Shown in pieces: positions 46,343 to 59,675 of a stretch of DNA of 64,000 nt (position 1 is its first letter; each line of letters opens with the position of its first letter). Under the pieces are notes generated by a model. That model did not search any database. It saw nothing but the letters and a program-made list of their open reading frames with translations, and had not been told where the DNA came from. Source of the DNA: Dudresnaya verticillata (lineage: Eukaryota); contig OZ374557.1 in NCBI GenBank assembly GCA_977862235.1, positions 1,302,001-1,366,000 on the forward strand. The letters run 5' to 3'. Both the position numbers and the translations under genes were made by a program.

Positions 46343-49300
46343 CTCGGGCACCAAATCCTGACACTGGGGTGTCGCACCGCGAAGATAGGCCTAGGCCTCG
46401 GGTGCTGAAAAGGAAGGAGGGCCCGAAGTTAGTTTCTGATGACGCCAACAGGCGGATAGAGTCGTCACAGACGTCATTAAAGCGCCCCTGGCGAAGGTAC
46501 CAGCCCCCCAGGCGCGAAGGCAGTTGTTCTTAATGGCCAAGAGGAACTATAAGGTGTACGCCGATTTGGGCGCAACCGTTAATACCTTGGCACGTAAACG
46601 CACTGTCCTCGACACGGGGGCCGGTCCGAATTTCATTCGCATTGACGACATTCCGCTGGAAGCGCGATCGCGCATCGTGGCAAAAAGCCTCCCCGTCATA
46701 GCCGACGCCAAGAATAAGGCGATCCAGACAAGAGTCACCGTCGACCTGGTCGTTCGTCTAGGACGGAGAGTCGTCAAGTTTGAACTGATCGTTTGCGAAC
46801 GACTCGCTGCGCCGGTACTCGGCTGCTGCGACTTTTGCGACCGCTTCGTCGAAGCAATATACCCGCTAAGTCGCGAGGTTGAATTCGATGACGGGACTCG
46901 TGTCCCTATAACGTGCCGTCCGCTGCGCCGACCTCCGTCGTATCATCCGTTGCCAACGGAACAGGAATACGGCAAGGCCGAAGGGAGGACGTCGCCCAAG
47001 ATCCGAGTCGCCGAGCGCCCGATTATCCCGCCTAAGGCGCAGCAATGGGTATCGGTGACCACCGAGCGCGCCGGAATCATCACAATTCAACCGTTCGGAA
47101 CGCTGTACGACAAACAAGGTCTGGCTGTTACGAACGGGATTGCTCAAGTGGAGCCGCTAAAAGTGTTTCGCATTCTGGTTGCCAACTTCTCTCCCCGCCC
47201 GCAGGCGCTGGCTAAGGGCCAAGTCGTCGCGACGGCGTTACCACATCCGACAGCAGTGTTCCCCAGTCACGTAAGTCTAGCCGATGTTTTGGGCCTCACA
47301 GAGGAACAGGCCGAGGAAGAGAAGGCGAACCAAGATTTCCGTTTTCCAACGAACGATGATACTACGGCACAGCCGGATACTTTCACGAAGTCTATCGAGG
47401 CAACCACTGCCAAGCCTCCGTCAGTAGACGATGTAGACCTGGGACATCTCCCCGCCGAGCATTAAGGCCGGGTTAAGGAGATGTTACGCAACTATTCGTC
47501 TATGTGGGACGGTTCGTTGGGAGAAATCTCAACCACGGAGCACTACATCGACTTGCTTCCCGGCTCTAGACCGATATCTTCCCCGCCCTACCGAGCGGGG
47601 CCGAAGCAAAGACAACTCGCTCAAGCGGAAGTGGACCGCATGCTGCGTCAAGGGGTTATCGAACCCGCACAATCGCTGTGGGCGTCACCAGTGGTCTTCG
47701 CCCCCAAGAAGGACGGTACCCTCCGCTTTTGCGTAGACTACCTATGTGGGCGTCACCAGTGGTCTTCGCCCCCAAGAAGGACGGTACCCTCCGCTTTTGC
47801 GTAGACTACCGTCGTTTAAACGCAGTAACCGTACGAGACACGTACCCGCTGCCGCGTATCGACGAATGCATCGACAGTCTAGGGGAAGCAGACGTGTTCA
47901 CCACCATAGACTGTAACAGTGGGTACTGGCAAGTGCTGATCAATCCGCGAGACCGCGATAAGACTGCGTTCACGTGCCACGCCGGACTGTTCCGCTATAA
48001 GCGTATGCCATTCGGTCTCACGAACGCACCCACTACGTTTCAACGAACGTTGGACATACTACTCGCTGGTTACAAGTTGCGTTCGTGCCTCGTCTACCTC
48101 GATGACGTAATAATCTTCTCCAGTGACATCGACAGTCACTTCCGTCATGTTGACGAGATCTTTTCGACATTGCACCGTGCCGGGGTGACTCTAAAGTTGA
48201 CCAAGTGTGACTTCTTCACCTCGACCGTCAACTACTTAGGACACGTCATACGTCCAGGACGGTTAGAAGTTGACCGAACTGTCACTGCTGCGCTACGCGA
48301 AGCCAAGCATCCACGGGATCAGAAGGAGCTACGGAGTTTTCTCGGTCTTTGTAACGTCTACAGACGGTTCGTCTCGCGATACGCGCATGTCGCTGCCCCC
48401 TCAACAAGTTGCTGAGGAAGGAACAGGACTTTCGGTTACAATCGTTTGATGAGACAAAAACCAAAGCGTTCAGTACGCTCGTCGAGGCCGTGACTCATCC
48501 GCCTATACTGGCGCTACCACAGCAGGGTCTCCCCTATTCCGTCGATTATGACGCAAGCGAGTATCAAGTCGGCTGCGCTCTCTTTCAAACGCAGCCCGAC
48601 GGGGAACGTAAGCCGCTCGGCTTCTGGTCCCGCTCGCTCACAGCTCCAGAGCGTAACTACTCGGTATCCGAAAAGGAGTGCCTCGCAGTAGTATGGTCCG
48701 TCATGAGGCTGCGACCTTACCTCCAGATAGAGTCGTTCAGAGTCCATACGGACCATTCGTCGCTGAGGTGGCTGATGGAAATCAGCGACCCCTCTGGACG
48801 GTTAATGCGGTGGCATCTTCGCCTTTCCGAGTTTGACTTTGTCGTGAAGTACAAAAAGGGGTGCCTGAATACTCAGGAAGATGCCCTTTCGCGCCTACAG
48901 ATGAAGGGAGAAACCGTCGAGCCCATTGACGATGATATACCGCGCTATCACGGAAGCTACGTCGAAGACGGCCATCAAACGTCACAAGACGATCTGTCAG
49001 ACGCCGAAGGCGAGGTCGACTTCGCCGAACGAGAGTTCGAAGAGTTCGACCAAGTGTTGATCAACAACACGCCACCGGCGGATGAGGTACTCCTTCGTCA
49101 AGTGACGCATGAAGAATTGGTACACGCCCAAGGCGATGACAAATACTGTAACGATGTCAGGAAACGTCTGGATGACGGGATCATCTTACCGTTCGCAACG
49201 GATGAACAGGGCCTGTTGGTCCGAACAGTGGAAGTCCGTCCGCAAGTGGTCGTACCCTCCGCGTTACGCGCTCGCTTACTCCACCTCCGGCACCACGCCA

Positions 49301-51125
49301 AGTTGGCAGGGCACCCAGCGGGGGTAAGTTGTATCATACGCTCCGACGGGAATACTATTGGCCATCGATTCCAGCGGACTGCTATGCGACTGTCCGCAAC
49401 TGCGTAACCTGCGCTAAGAATCGCGTATTGCTGCGAAAGAACACCAAGCAATTGAAGTTGTTCCCCGCAACCGAGCCTCTCGAATTCGTATCGATCGACA
49501 TCCTGGGCGAACTCATACGCACGAAGCGAGGAAACAAGTTCCAACTCGTCATTGTGGACCGCTTCTTGAAGCTGTTCCGGACGGTCCCACTGCGTAGTAT
49601 TACGGCATTGGAAATCGCTAAGGCGTTTGTACGACATGGGGTCTTCGTATAGGGTCCTCCCAAGAAACTGTTGTCCGACAACGGACCACAGTTTGTGGCT
49701 AAGCTGTTTCAGGATATCTGCCGTCTTTTGGGAGTGGAGAATATCTTCACCACGACGTACCATCCGCAATGCAATGGCCAGGTAGAACGATTCAATCGAA
49801 CTATCCTGGCCTCGCTGCGTCACTACGTTGCGGATCACCCGAGAGACTGGGACCTGTTCACGGATGCCTTGACGTTCGCATACAACACACAGTTGCATTC
49901 GTCTACGCATCTCGTTCCGTTTGAATTGGTGCTGTCTAAGCCACCACGGCCACTGTCGCTCGAAGCGGAACCGTCGCTCGAAAGCGTACCCACCGCAGGG
50001 CAATACTATACCAAGTGGCGAACCTGGCTGGCCGCACTGATGGGAACCGCTAAAGCGTCGTTACAGAAAACTCAAGCACGTTACAAACGAAACTTCGATA
50101 CCCGATTAAGGGAATCGAAGGAAGCAATCGCCGTAGGCGACTTCGTATTCGTACGTAAGGAATACTTCGCCCGAGGCGGGAGCACGGATCGCGCAGAGCG
50201 TAAGAATAAGCTGGCGCCAGTGGCGGACGGACCATACCGTGTAACTCACGTTGATAACGAGACGGTAACCGTCGACAAGGGACGTGATGAGCGGGAACGT
50301 TTGTCCCGAGACCGTGTGGTCTGGGCGCCGACCCCACCGGGTCAGGCAGCCCCTCCAATCGTCGTACCACCAGGCCCGCCGGAGGAGCAAGAAGCAGTCA
50401 CCCCCACGTCACAAGACGAAGGGACGACTACCCCAAGCACGCCACCAGCGGACCCGGAGGGGGACGCAGAGACTTCGCATACTGTGGGAGATCCGCAAGA
50501 GCGTACGATCACAGCGTCACGCAGTCGTGGGTTGGCAGAGCTTTCGCCCTTCGCCGCCGATCCCGACGACCGCGCTTCGCAATCCGTCTCCAACGACGAC
50601 AATACCCCAGGGGTTCACACCCGTTTGGAACACATCGCTACGGCACTGCCGGATGAGAACAATGAATCCGCTGAAAGCGCGTCCAACAACGAAGACGTCA
50701 ACCGTGCAAGCACGAAGCAAGGCGCTGCAAGCGATGGACTCATCCCAAGACGCAGCAACCCACTTACCGCTGATCGAGCGTCCGAGGCCCAAGGCCAACG
50801 CCTTCGGCGATCAACTCGTCGAGTACGTTTCGCCGAACCGGAACAGACGCACATCACGCAACGAGACAAACCGCCAAAGGCGCTGGACAGGTCCACGTCC
50901 AAGCCGAACTCTGTGAGCGGAAGAGAATACGTGATTGAACGCATCGAGTCGCACGCGTACGCGGATGATGATGAGATCCTCTACCGCGTCAAGTGTTTTG
51001 GATACCCCGCTTCAGCGAACACCTGGGAGCCAGTCTCCAGTTTGCCGCGATCCCAAGTCACACGGTACCACCGTCGAAAACGTACGCAGCTGCCGCCAAA
51101 CGTCGACGACGCGCAGCGCGGCTAA
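46333..51125 (+). pseudogene. pol: pol of Gypsy copy 2
   Basis: PR LDTGA, RT YLDD, RNase H, integrase and chromodomain EYVIERIESH..NTWEP. 68-bp tandem duplication at 47677-47812, plus stops and frameshifts. Confidence 0.95.
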
Positions 51126-52658
51126 CACTAATCCGGAAATACCGCTGGAAGCGAATGGACGGACGATCCATACCGCGTGCTCGACCTACGATCGCCAAGG
51201 GCGAGGAAGCTCAACCCATAGCCTGTGGACGCGGCCTCCAGAGCGACAGCACCAAACACGTATACACGCCAGGGACGAACGCGGACGCAAGTCGTTGCGT
51301 CATAGACAGCCTCGCGCACGCCACCTCGCAGCAACCCCCATACGGAACCTCTGGATGGGTGCGCTGTTGACAGTGGATCCAGATCGCAAATCGAGATCCG
51401 CCGCCCGAGGCCCTCGGGAAATAGGAGGCAGTAATTGGTCAAATTTTAATTTCCAAACACGGCAGCGCGCACCACCCCGCCGTCAACGCACGACGAACGC
51501 AATCATGCCAAGTGTCTGAGTAGGTGCTACGAGCCCCAGCGACGACAGGCGCAAGTGGCAGCGCACAACAACCATCTCCGACGTCGAGACGCGCTCTCGC
51601 CCCACGGCCAAGTCCCTGGGACCGCCACCCTGCCGGCCACAGTCTCGCGCGAAAGCACCCGTCGAACGTCTCCGACGTAACTCGCCGAAGAAGGGGCGTC
51701 CCGACAAACCCACCCCCGAAGGGGGGGAAGGTGATTGAAGACGCAGTTGCTGTGGGTTCCGTGCACGACGCACTAACAAATCGCCAACGACTTCGCCGCT
51801 ACCCGCGGCCGCCGCGTCTCAGTCGCGCGAGCGCGACCGACAACTCTACCCTACCCCCAAGGAGGAACGTCGAAGACGAAATAGGCGTCAACACCTACCT
51901 CACCGCCTTCGCGACCCTCGTCGAGGAAGACGAAAAACCACGCCCAAGGCGCAGTGCGACACATGCATTAGAAGAACGCTAAGTAAGCGGAAATACGCCA
52001 ACGCCGCGCGTGAAACACGAAGAACAACGCTACTACAGCGGACCCTACCGGGCAAACACAGCCAAGTGCCAACGCACGGCTAAGGCCAATGGCATCAAAC
52101 GCCAACGCTACTGTAGCGGACCATCACGAACACGACGCAAAGTCGAAGTGGGACCACAAGTCACACCTTAAGACCAACGCGAAACGCGACACGGGAAGAC
52201 GCTGACAATGGCCGAAGTTTACGGGGCTTAAAACAGACGGAGACAAACCCTCACCCTCCTTAACAAACAACCATTACAGCTACACTAATCGTCAATGACG
52301 ACGAGAATAACGCCTCAGGCGCACTACACAACGCTAACGCAGCGAGCAACGAGGGGAAGTACAACGCCCCGAGCACGTCGCCAAGACGAGACAAACATTT
52401 CGCTAACGCACCCGCAAGACTCGTCGGCGACGACGCGACGGCCGCAGCGGACGAAAACAAACTACGTTACCAAACGATGCAGTTTATTGGGCTAAGCAAC
52501 GGGGAACCCCCGCCCCCAAACTCTAAGCCACGGCAGCTAACGCCGCAGGACATTCCACATTATTCGTCAACGACGTATGATCCCCTACCTACCGACTCCG
52601 CAAGGGAGCCGACAAATTACCACAATGCTCACCACCGCCTTTTACGACGCCGACTACG

Positions 52659-54165
52659 TCACGTCGCAGGCGGTTTTGCTGAGCCCACCGCACCATCGCC
52701 CTCGGCGGACTCCCTCAATGCCTCTTCATAGAGGTCATCTTCCGTCACCGACGGCACACCCACAGCAGTAGCTGGGACGGACCGCAAAGGCACCGCCACC
52801 ACTGTCGCTGAAGGAGTATCACGCGCCGCTGGCGAAGCGCCCGACTCACCACCTGCCTTAGACGGCGAAGCCTCTTTGGCTTTGACAACCGCTGATGGCG
52901 TAGAACCAAGTCGATCACTCGCCTCCGGCGCTGCCACGACAATATCCACCACAGGCGATGAAGAAACAACCTCCGCCATAGGCGCAGAGCTCAAGTTATC
53001 GTTCGCCTTAGGCGCGGGCACAGCCCCATCCGCTTTAAGCGTAGTCAACGACTCGTAGACCGCCTTGGGCGTCAGTTCAGAAACCGCCTTGATGGGCGTC
53101 GCCTCTTCACTCGCCTTCGGCGTTGTTAATCCGACACCCGTCAATGACGCAGGAGCACCTAGCCCCTTTGCAACCGTCAACGACGCTATAGCGGCATTCG
53201 CTTCGCTCGCCGCAGGCGGTACAGTCATACTCACGTCTTTAGACGCCGGACCATTCGCCTTAGGCGACGAAGGCTTCTCTGCCACACCGTCCTTCGACGC
53301 AGAACCTACGACACTAGTCGACTTCGGCGCGGGCCCACCCTGAGGTGGGACCGCAGCCGACAAATATTGGCTCATCTACTCAGTGGGTGAGCCGTTCAGA
53401 CCGCTAGTAGCGACGCCTGCCGCCTGCAATAACGCAAGCACGGTGCAGCGCTGCTCTTCGGTCCAAACCAGCACCGAAGCTGGACTCCCAGAACCGTCTG
53501 CGACGTTTGATACTTCGCCTTGAGGCGTCACGGTCAGCGGAGCCGACTCCAATATTGGCGTCGCCATAACGGCATAGCCATCATCGTCAGTGACGGGAGC
53601 CGCAAGGTCAAGAGGCGCAACAGCTGGCAGGCCAGCTGGCACTCCACCGCCACCGACAGCACCTCCGAGCAAAGCCGAAGACGCGGGCGCAGGCTCGGCA
53701 GTCGACTCAACCGCCATAGGCGTACCGAAATCCGTCCCAGACGGGTTCTCCGGTCCGCCATCGGCGTTAAACGCACCCTCCTTGGTCATTAAGGCACTCA
53801 AATGCAGAGGAAAATCACCGACAAAGTCGCAGCTCTTACGCAAACCACGCGGGTGATTACCCGGGGTGAAGCGGTCCGTTTTGCGATGGCGTTCCGCAAC
53901 GTTCTTTGTCGTACGACGCTTAGTCCACGGATTATAATGGATCCAATCGCCACAGGCGGAGTGAGTCCGACTCATCGCGAATCGCGGACGGTTCGCCTTA
54001 CGGCGGTTGTTCGCATACGGCACCATTGCCGGGTCGTTCCAATCGATCTCATCCGCCACAGCGCGCAGGTTCCAGAACTCCTCGGCGTTCCGGGACCCGC
54101 CAAATATTTCGACCAAGTCGAGGCTGCCAAGCTGAGCCACCACACGCGGGGGTAGGTGGTACATA
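52659..54165 (-). pseudogene. C-terminal part of the antisense accessory ORF in Gypsy copy 2
   Basis: MYHLPPRVV..IDWNDP..SRTHSACGDWI..DFVGDFP shared with copy 1. Confidence 0.85.
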
Positions 54166-54169
54166 CGAC

Positions 54170-54884
54170 GGGCCGCAATCTCGGGGGAGCTCTGTAATAC
54201 AGTGAAGGGCTTACAGAAGTGGGCCCTCTGCCCGCGTGCATGCGCTGAAATAGCGTTACCTATAGGGCGCCAGCAGGGACAAGACGGGTAGCCTATGATT
54301 GGTCCAAGTGTCACCCTGCAGGTCAGTAGCTTAGTATCTGCCTATTTATTTTAGAAATTGTAGCTTAGGATAGGGGGCGTGTATATAGCCCAGTATGAGA
54401 GGTGCTGCCTGATAGTCGGAGTACCATATAAGGGTATCTCCCGTAGCGGTCACTGTACAGTAAAGGTAAGCACCTTACGGCCCCAAATACGTCTCCAAGC
54501 TATCGGCACCGCAGCACACTTGTCACCCGTGCCCGGTTAACCGCCCGCCCAGTGAACTACCTTCAGTATCGTGCTTCCAATCAGGTTACGTGCCCTCGTC
54601 TACCCTCTGGGTTCCTACCGCTCTACCACCGCTAGCAGGTACCCGCCTTGTGGCTTTCTCATTGAGTGCACTCTTTGAGTTCACAAGAGACCTAAAAGGC
54701 ACTTCTTTACAGGTGCCACCCTGATTTGTATACCAGGGCGGCACCAACAGGGCCGATTTCACCATGGGTCCAGAGCACTAGGGTCTGGCCCATACGGACC
54801 GGACGATCGGTGCGACCCTGACGTCTATATCAGGGCGGCACCGCAGCGGCTCCGAAGGTAAGCGGGAAAGAAGCCTGTGCCACA
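54170..54884 (+). repeat. Probable LTR fragment of another family replacing the 3' end of Gypsy copy 2
   Basis: Abrupt loss of homology; GGGGGAG then TGTAATAC; TATATAG box; ends near GTGCCACA. Short matches to the reverse complement of LTR 1268-1939. Confidence 0.4.
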
Positions 54885-55129
54885 CAACCTTCGGTCCTTA
54901 ATCTGCCTCTAGCCCTAGTCCTTTACAGTTTTCCGGCACCGATTCCATTGCGATCTACCACCACTACTGTTGCGGAGTCCGTCCCTGCCCTTGTATCACC
55001 CCTTTGTCGGTCGCTTCCTAATACCCGTTACGGTTAGCCACTCGCTGTTTCCCCCTGTCGTTGCGAACTGCTCAACCACCCCGTGGAGGTAGTATCGCTC
55101 TCGTCATGTGAAAGGAAGTATCGCCAGCT

Positions 55130-55440
55130 GTCCATTACGGAAGTAGGTGTGTTCTCACTACACGGCACAAAGCGTAAAACGTTTGTCATAACTGAGATCC
55201 CCCGACACCACTTGTGAGACCTTAAGCCCCACAGAGTACAGAACCGCCGGAAGTAGTTCTCCACAACTATTCTGTCGGAGCTGAGATTGCGATTCTGAAC
55301 CTGCTCCCGGTGAGCATACCACCCTTAGGCTTCTTTTTCGGTACAATCGCGCGCGATTCCTCGTAAGCACCTCGATATCCCTTGTCCATTATAACGGCCC
55401 AAATATCCGGAGACTCGTGGGCCATCCGCTCAATGTTTGA
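55130..55440 (-). pseudogene. DDE_Tnp_4 (ISL2EU/Harbinger-like) transposase C-terminal relic
   Basis: Manual translation WAVIMDKGYRG..IVPKKKPKGG and NLSSDRIVVENYFRRFCTLW. Confidence 0.75.
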
Positions 55441-56112
55441 AATATCCTTCTACCAAACGGTTTTGCCGAGCGCCACCCAGTGCCACTTCAAATTATTTCG
55501 AGAGATAATCTGGGCGCAAAAGGGCGAGAGCGTGACGTGTTTGCGTGATAACTGCAATTTTCCGCAATTTCTAGGTCTTTCCGCTTCCAGTTGTGCCGTT
55601 CAGTATTTACTCAGCATATTACCATTGAACTTCAAATTATGAAAAGGATGCGTATTTATTGCAAATAAATCTTCTTGCGCAATAGGTATGTAATTAGTTG
55701 ATCAGTCTATCTACTGGAATCGGACTATAGTATATTGATACTTTACGGAGTAAAATAGTTCCCGTTCAGTTGTTGTACTAAAGTGTCGCCCGCGTAGGAC
55801 CACCTTAAACAACCCGTTAAAAATTGAATCATTATTAAAGGCCCGACTAGTGTACTAGGTCTTTATCAAAAATAGAGAGGAAAAAATCGAAAGATCCAAT
55901 ACAATCACGTAAAAATGGCCAACAAATTGTAATAGACCAGGGCGCCACGTGATTATTGCTCAGCACTGTAATCCACAAGACAACCACACGAAGGCCAATA
56001 ATTTGAAAACATGCATGTACAGTGGTGGAGATCACAGTATATTCAAAAAGCCCGCTCTGCGCGATAAGAGGATCGCGCGGCTTCCCAAACGACCCACCCT
56101 TTTCTGTCTAAA

Positions 56113-57360
56113 GTGTGTGATCGCGCCGCACGAGCTCCCCACACACAACGCCCGACTAACGATTGTCGCACCAGCAAAACCCAAACCCTTTCAACCTGTC
56201 CCGACCCAACACGCCCCACAATAGCAGCGACATATTCGTCAGAAGACGCCGCGCAAGCAGCACGCTTTCTCGCAGATGCAGCCGCTGGACGTGAAGAAGA
56301 CATCGCAACATACCCTGCCACCCCAATACAAGATGCCTCCGACGACGAGAACGACTCATCATGCCCACTCCTCGGCGCATTCTACGAGCGTGGTGGGGCT
56401 GAGTCAATTCTTGGGATCACCAATTTCGATCCTGCTCATTTTGAATCATTGTGGACTCATTTCTCGGACCATGTTAATTCAACCTACAACACCGGGAGGG
56501 GCCGCAAGTTCCCACACTCGCCAAAGGACATGATTTTATGATTTTGACTGTTCTGAAGACTGGCGGACAGTGGGATACCCTCGCAAGGATGTTCACAATG
56601 AAGGGGCTAACATTTGAGAGACAGATTATCCGCCTCGTCTCACTGAAATCGGACTTCTCCTGCGCTCACTTAGTCGAAGGAATAGAAGAGACGTACTCTA
56701 TTTCCGTGCTTGATGAGAACAGGCAACAATTCAGGCATTTTCGTTGTGCACGTTATGCCACTGATGTTAAGTTTCAGCAGTGCTATCGCCCAATTGGAAG
56801 CATACAAGAGGGAAAGAAGTAAGTTTCGGGGAGACATAAGCTATACGGCTAAAAATTGGGAGTTTCAGTGCTCCCAAATGGTCTGTTCATCTAATCTAGT
56901 GACCATCATCCCGGTTCTGTTTCCAACATAGACAGTTTCGTGCGAATGAAGGCTTTTCACAAGCAGGCACTCAAAAACGCGGATTGAGCGCTATGTGTTG
57001 GACATGGGTCGACTTGCCGAATAGTTCCTGGCCTGGGCAATCCTGGTGGATAAGGGCTATCAGGGGGCGCAGGATCTGTAAACGATTCATCCGAGGAAGA
57101 ATACCGCCCCTGGATTGTTATCTGTGGCCGACGAGTCGTTCAACAAGAAGGTTTTGGCTGAGAGGATTATTGTCGAAAACGTTTTCGGACGTCATTGTTT
57201 TCTTTGGACAGTGCTGGGAAACAAATGGAAATGGGGAGAAAATAACTACGATATGATGTTTCGGTTGCGCCTGGGACTTACCAATATGCACATACGATGG
57301 AACCCCCTGCGTGTTGATGAAAACAAATTTCTTTACGAGCTTCTGGCGGACATAAGGTGA
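56113..57360 (+). pseudogene. DDE_Tnp_4 (ISL2EU/Harbinger-like) transposase
   Basis: ITNF..FESLW, GRGRK, YATDVKFQ, SGRHKLYG, WAILVDKGYQG and ERIIVENVFGR; several stops and frameshifts. Confidence 0.85.
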
Positions 57361-59069
57361 TCAAAGTGGGACCATCGAACGCCCGCGAGGTACCCAAGCC
57401 CGTAGTCTGCTACCGGCTTGTTTGGGCTCTATTCTCGACTTTTGTCTCTACATTAATCTAGAACTCGTTTGAAGAAATCCTGCAGCTAAGTACGGCATGC
57501 GCACATGCGGGTGGGATCAGGGACCATGAACATTTCGGTCTCCAATCCCCCAAAGTCCCTGTTGTGGAAATAAGATTTCGGTGCAAGCGCAATGGGTGGG
57601 AGGGTGGGAAAGGAAAAGCCCTGCCCTTCTCGACGGAACAAGGGCGGCAGACCCCAGTATTTAACCCCAAGATACATGACTGGAGTCGCGAGCAACGTTC
57701 CCTCGTCCAGGGCGGCGTGCTGTCGACGGCTGATCGTCGAAGCAGACGCTAGCTTGAAGTACAGCCTGGACGACAGCACATGAGTGCCGCTGACTGATCC
57801 GCAGCTTACAACCGAAATCTGGTTTCACGGGTGATACAGAACCACGAATATGATACAGATCGATTCCCGCGAATCAAAAATCGAAACTACGAAATTCGGG
57901 TCAGACAGGCCGCGAAATGCAAACAGACACAAGCGCAATACCGCGCGAGGCGTCGCAGGCACGTTGAGTTGCAATTCCGTGGGATCGTTTTCCCAGGGAG
58001 GCAGGACGATACCGAGAACTTGCCGGCTGTGGCAAACTGTGAGTATTTTCCTATTACGTCTTCGTGTTTCTGTTTTTACTTCGTCGTTTTGCGTTTTGTT
58101 TAGTCCTTGCGCAGAGGTTGATACTGACAATAAATCATCCTACCACTTCTGTGAAGGGGCAAACGTTTTCCATTGACCCACACATTTCTACGGCGCCGGG
58201 TGTTTGTGACAAAGATCTACTGTAGTGTTCATCACCTCTCGTGATCATAGAAACACTCTATAGCATAACCTCAAAAGCAAAACTCAGTGCTGGCCAGCGT
58301 ACGTTTTTCGGATTTCCTACTCATCGCGTCACTTTCAGCGTAGCCGACTACAAAAACTCCGACTACACAAAACAATGTAAGCACAGAAATGAGTACAGAA
58401 ACTCCATACACCATGTTTTAAAACTTTCGAAACGTTGTAAGAAATAATGCAAAACGTCACAATCTATGCACTCTTCTGAAATAGTACCATTTTCGTCTGA
58501 CTATAACTATATATTCTTTCATTCTTCCGTTTGACAGCCACTACGATTTGATTTACTGATATGTCTAATCCATCCTTTTCAATACTCTGTCTGCTCCCCA
58601 AAGCGTGCCATAGCCTACAGTGGCATGCACGTTTCGATACGTGTCCATAATACAATCCCTTACGGCGGCTTTTGAAGACTATTACCACCTCCCTCCTTCT
58701 CTATAAGCAACAATATCATCACTGTGAATCACAATCACAATATCGCTTCCTAGTTTTAGACTGTTTCCTTCGGCAATCAGGCTTTATATGGTACTAAATT
58801 CCCCTGTGTGCCCTATTTTTGAGAGGTTTCTCGCATCTGTCTCATCCAACATATTCAAACTTCTCACCCACTCCATGAGTTCCAACCCTCCTCATATAGT
58901 CGGCAGGTAGTTTGGAAGTGCCATGATTATTGCATTCATTGCCTGACAAGCGTTAGTGGCTCAGAAAATGCTTTCGAAAAGCTTTGAGATGGGCAGTTTA
59001 CTGCACGTATGAATGAACCAATGTCTGTATTCTGTGTAGTAGAATAGCTCCTAGTCAGGTAGTCGGCAG

Positions 59070-59641
59070 TGAAACGCCACAACAGCTGCCGAGGGGACAC
59101 AATACGAACTTCGAGCGGTACCGCAAAGAAAAGGGATCGTTGTAGAGAGTTATAATGGGTGTGGTATTAAGAAGTAAGGATAAAGGAAAGGCGAACCCTG
59201 AAACAAACACCTTTTTACTCAATGGATCGATGCCCTCCGTCGCCGAAGTGAAGGCCGAGCGACGACTGATAAAGTCCTCCCTGTCTGAGCGACCCGAGGC
59301 AGGGTCGCTCAGAGACCCCAAACAAAGGGGTGAAGTCCGCCATACATGGCTGACATCCTAAAATACAATTAAAACTGGACGGTGCGACCGCAGGAGGCGC
59401 AGATCGGCTTCGCTGATCTGGCCGGAAATCCCAAATGTCGCCAGAAATAAAAACAAAACAGATAAGCGGCGGCGCGCAGCGCCGCTCCTAGTGCGCTCGA
59501 ACCCTACCCTCGAGCGCCACCGGAAGCAAATCGGTGCTGGCCACCCCGCCAGGGCCACTTACGTCAGCCCGACCGCGCCGGCCGGAGTACGAGTACGTAT
59601 GATAAAAGAAACACGTGGGCTCACGTGGCATGACCGTTTCA
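59070..59641 (-). repeat. 3' LTR of the third Gypsy family
   Basis: TGAAACG...CGTTTCA inverted termini; purine tract GGGGGGGAAGGTGGGAAGGA adjacent at 59642-59661 on the minus strand. Confidence 0.75.
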
Positions 59642-59675
59642 TCCTTCCCACCTTCCCCCCCGATTGACGTCCGCG

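Larger units (their letters stand above)
42751..54165 (+). mobile_element. Ty3/Gypsy chromodomain retrotransposon, copy 2 (3' truncated)
   Basis: Collinear with copy 1 from the LTR to the middle of the antisense ORF; no 3' LTR of the same family. Confidence 0.95.

Noticed and set aside
57830..59060. Short ORFs in the AT-richer interval
   Set aside because: No recognisable domains; left unannotated.
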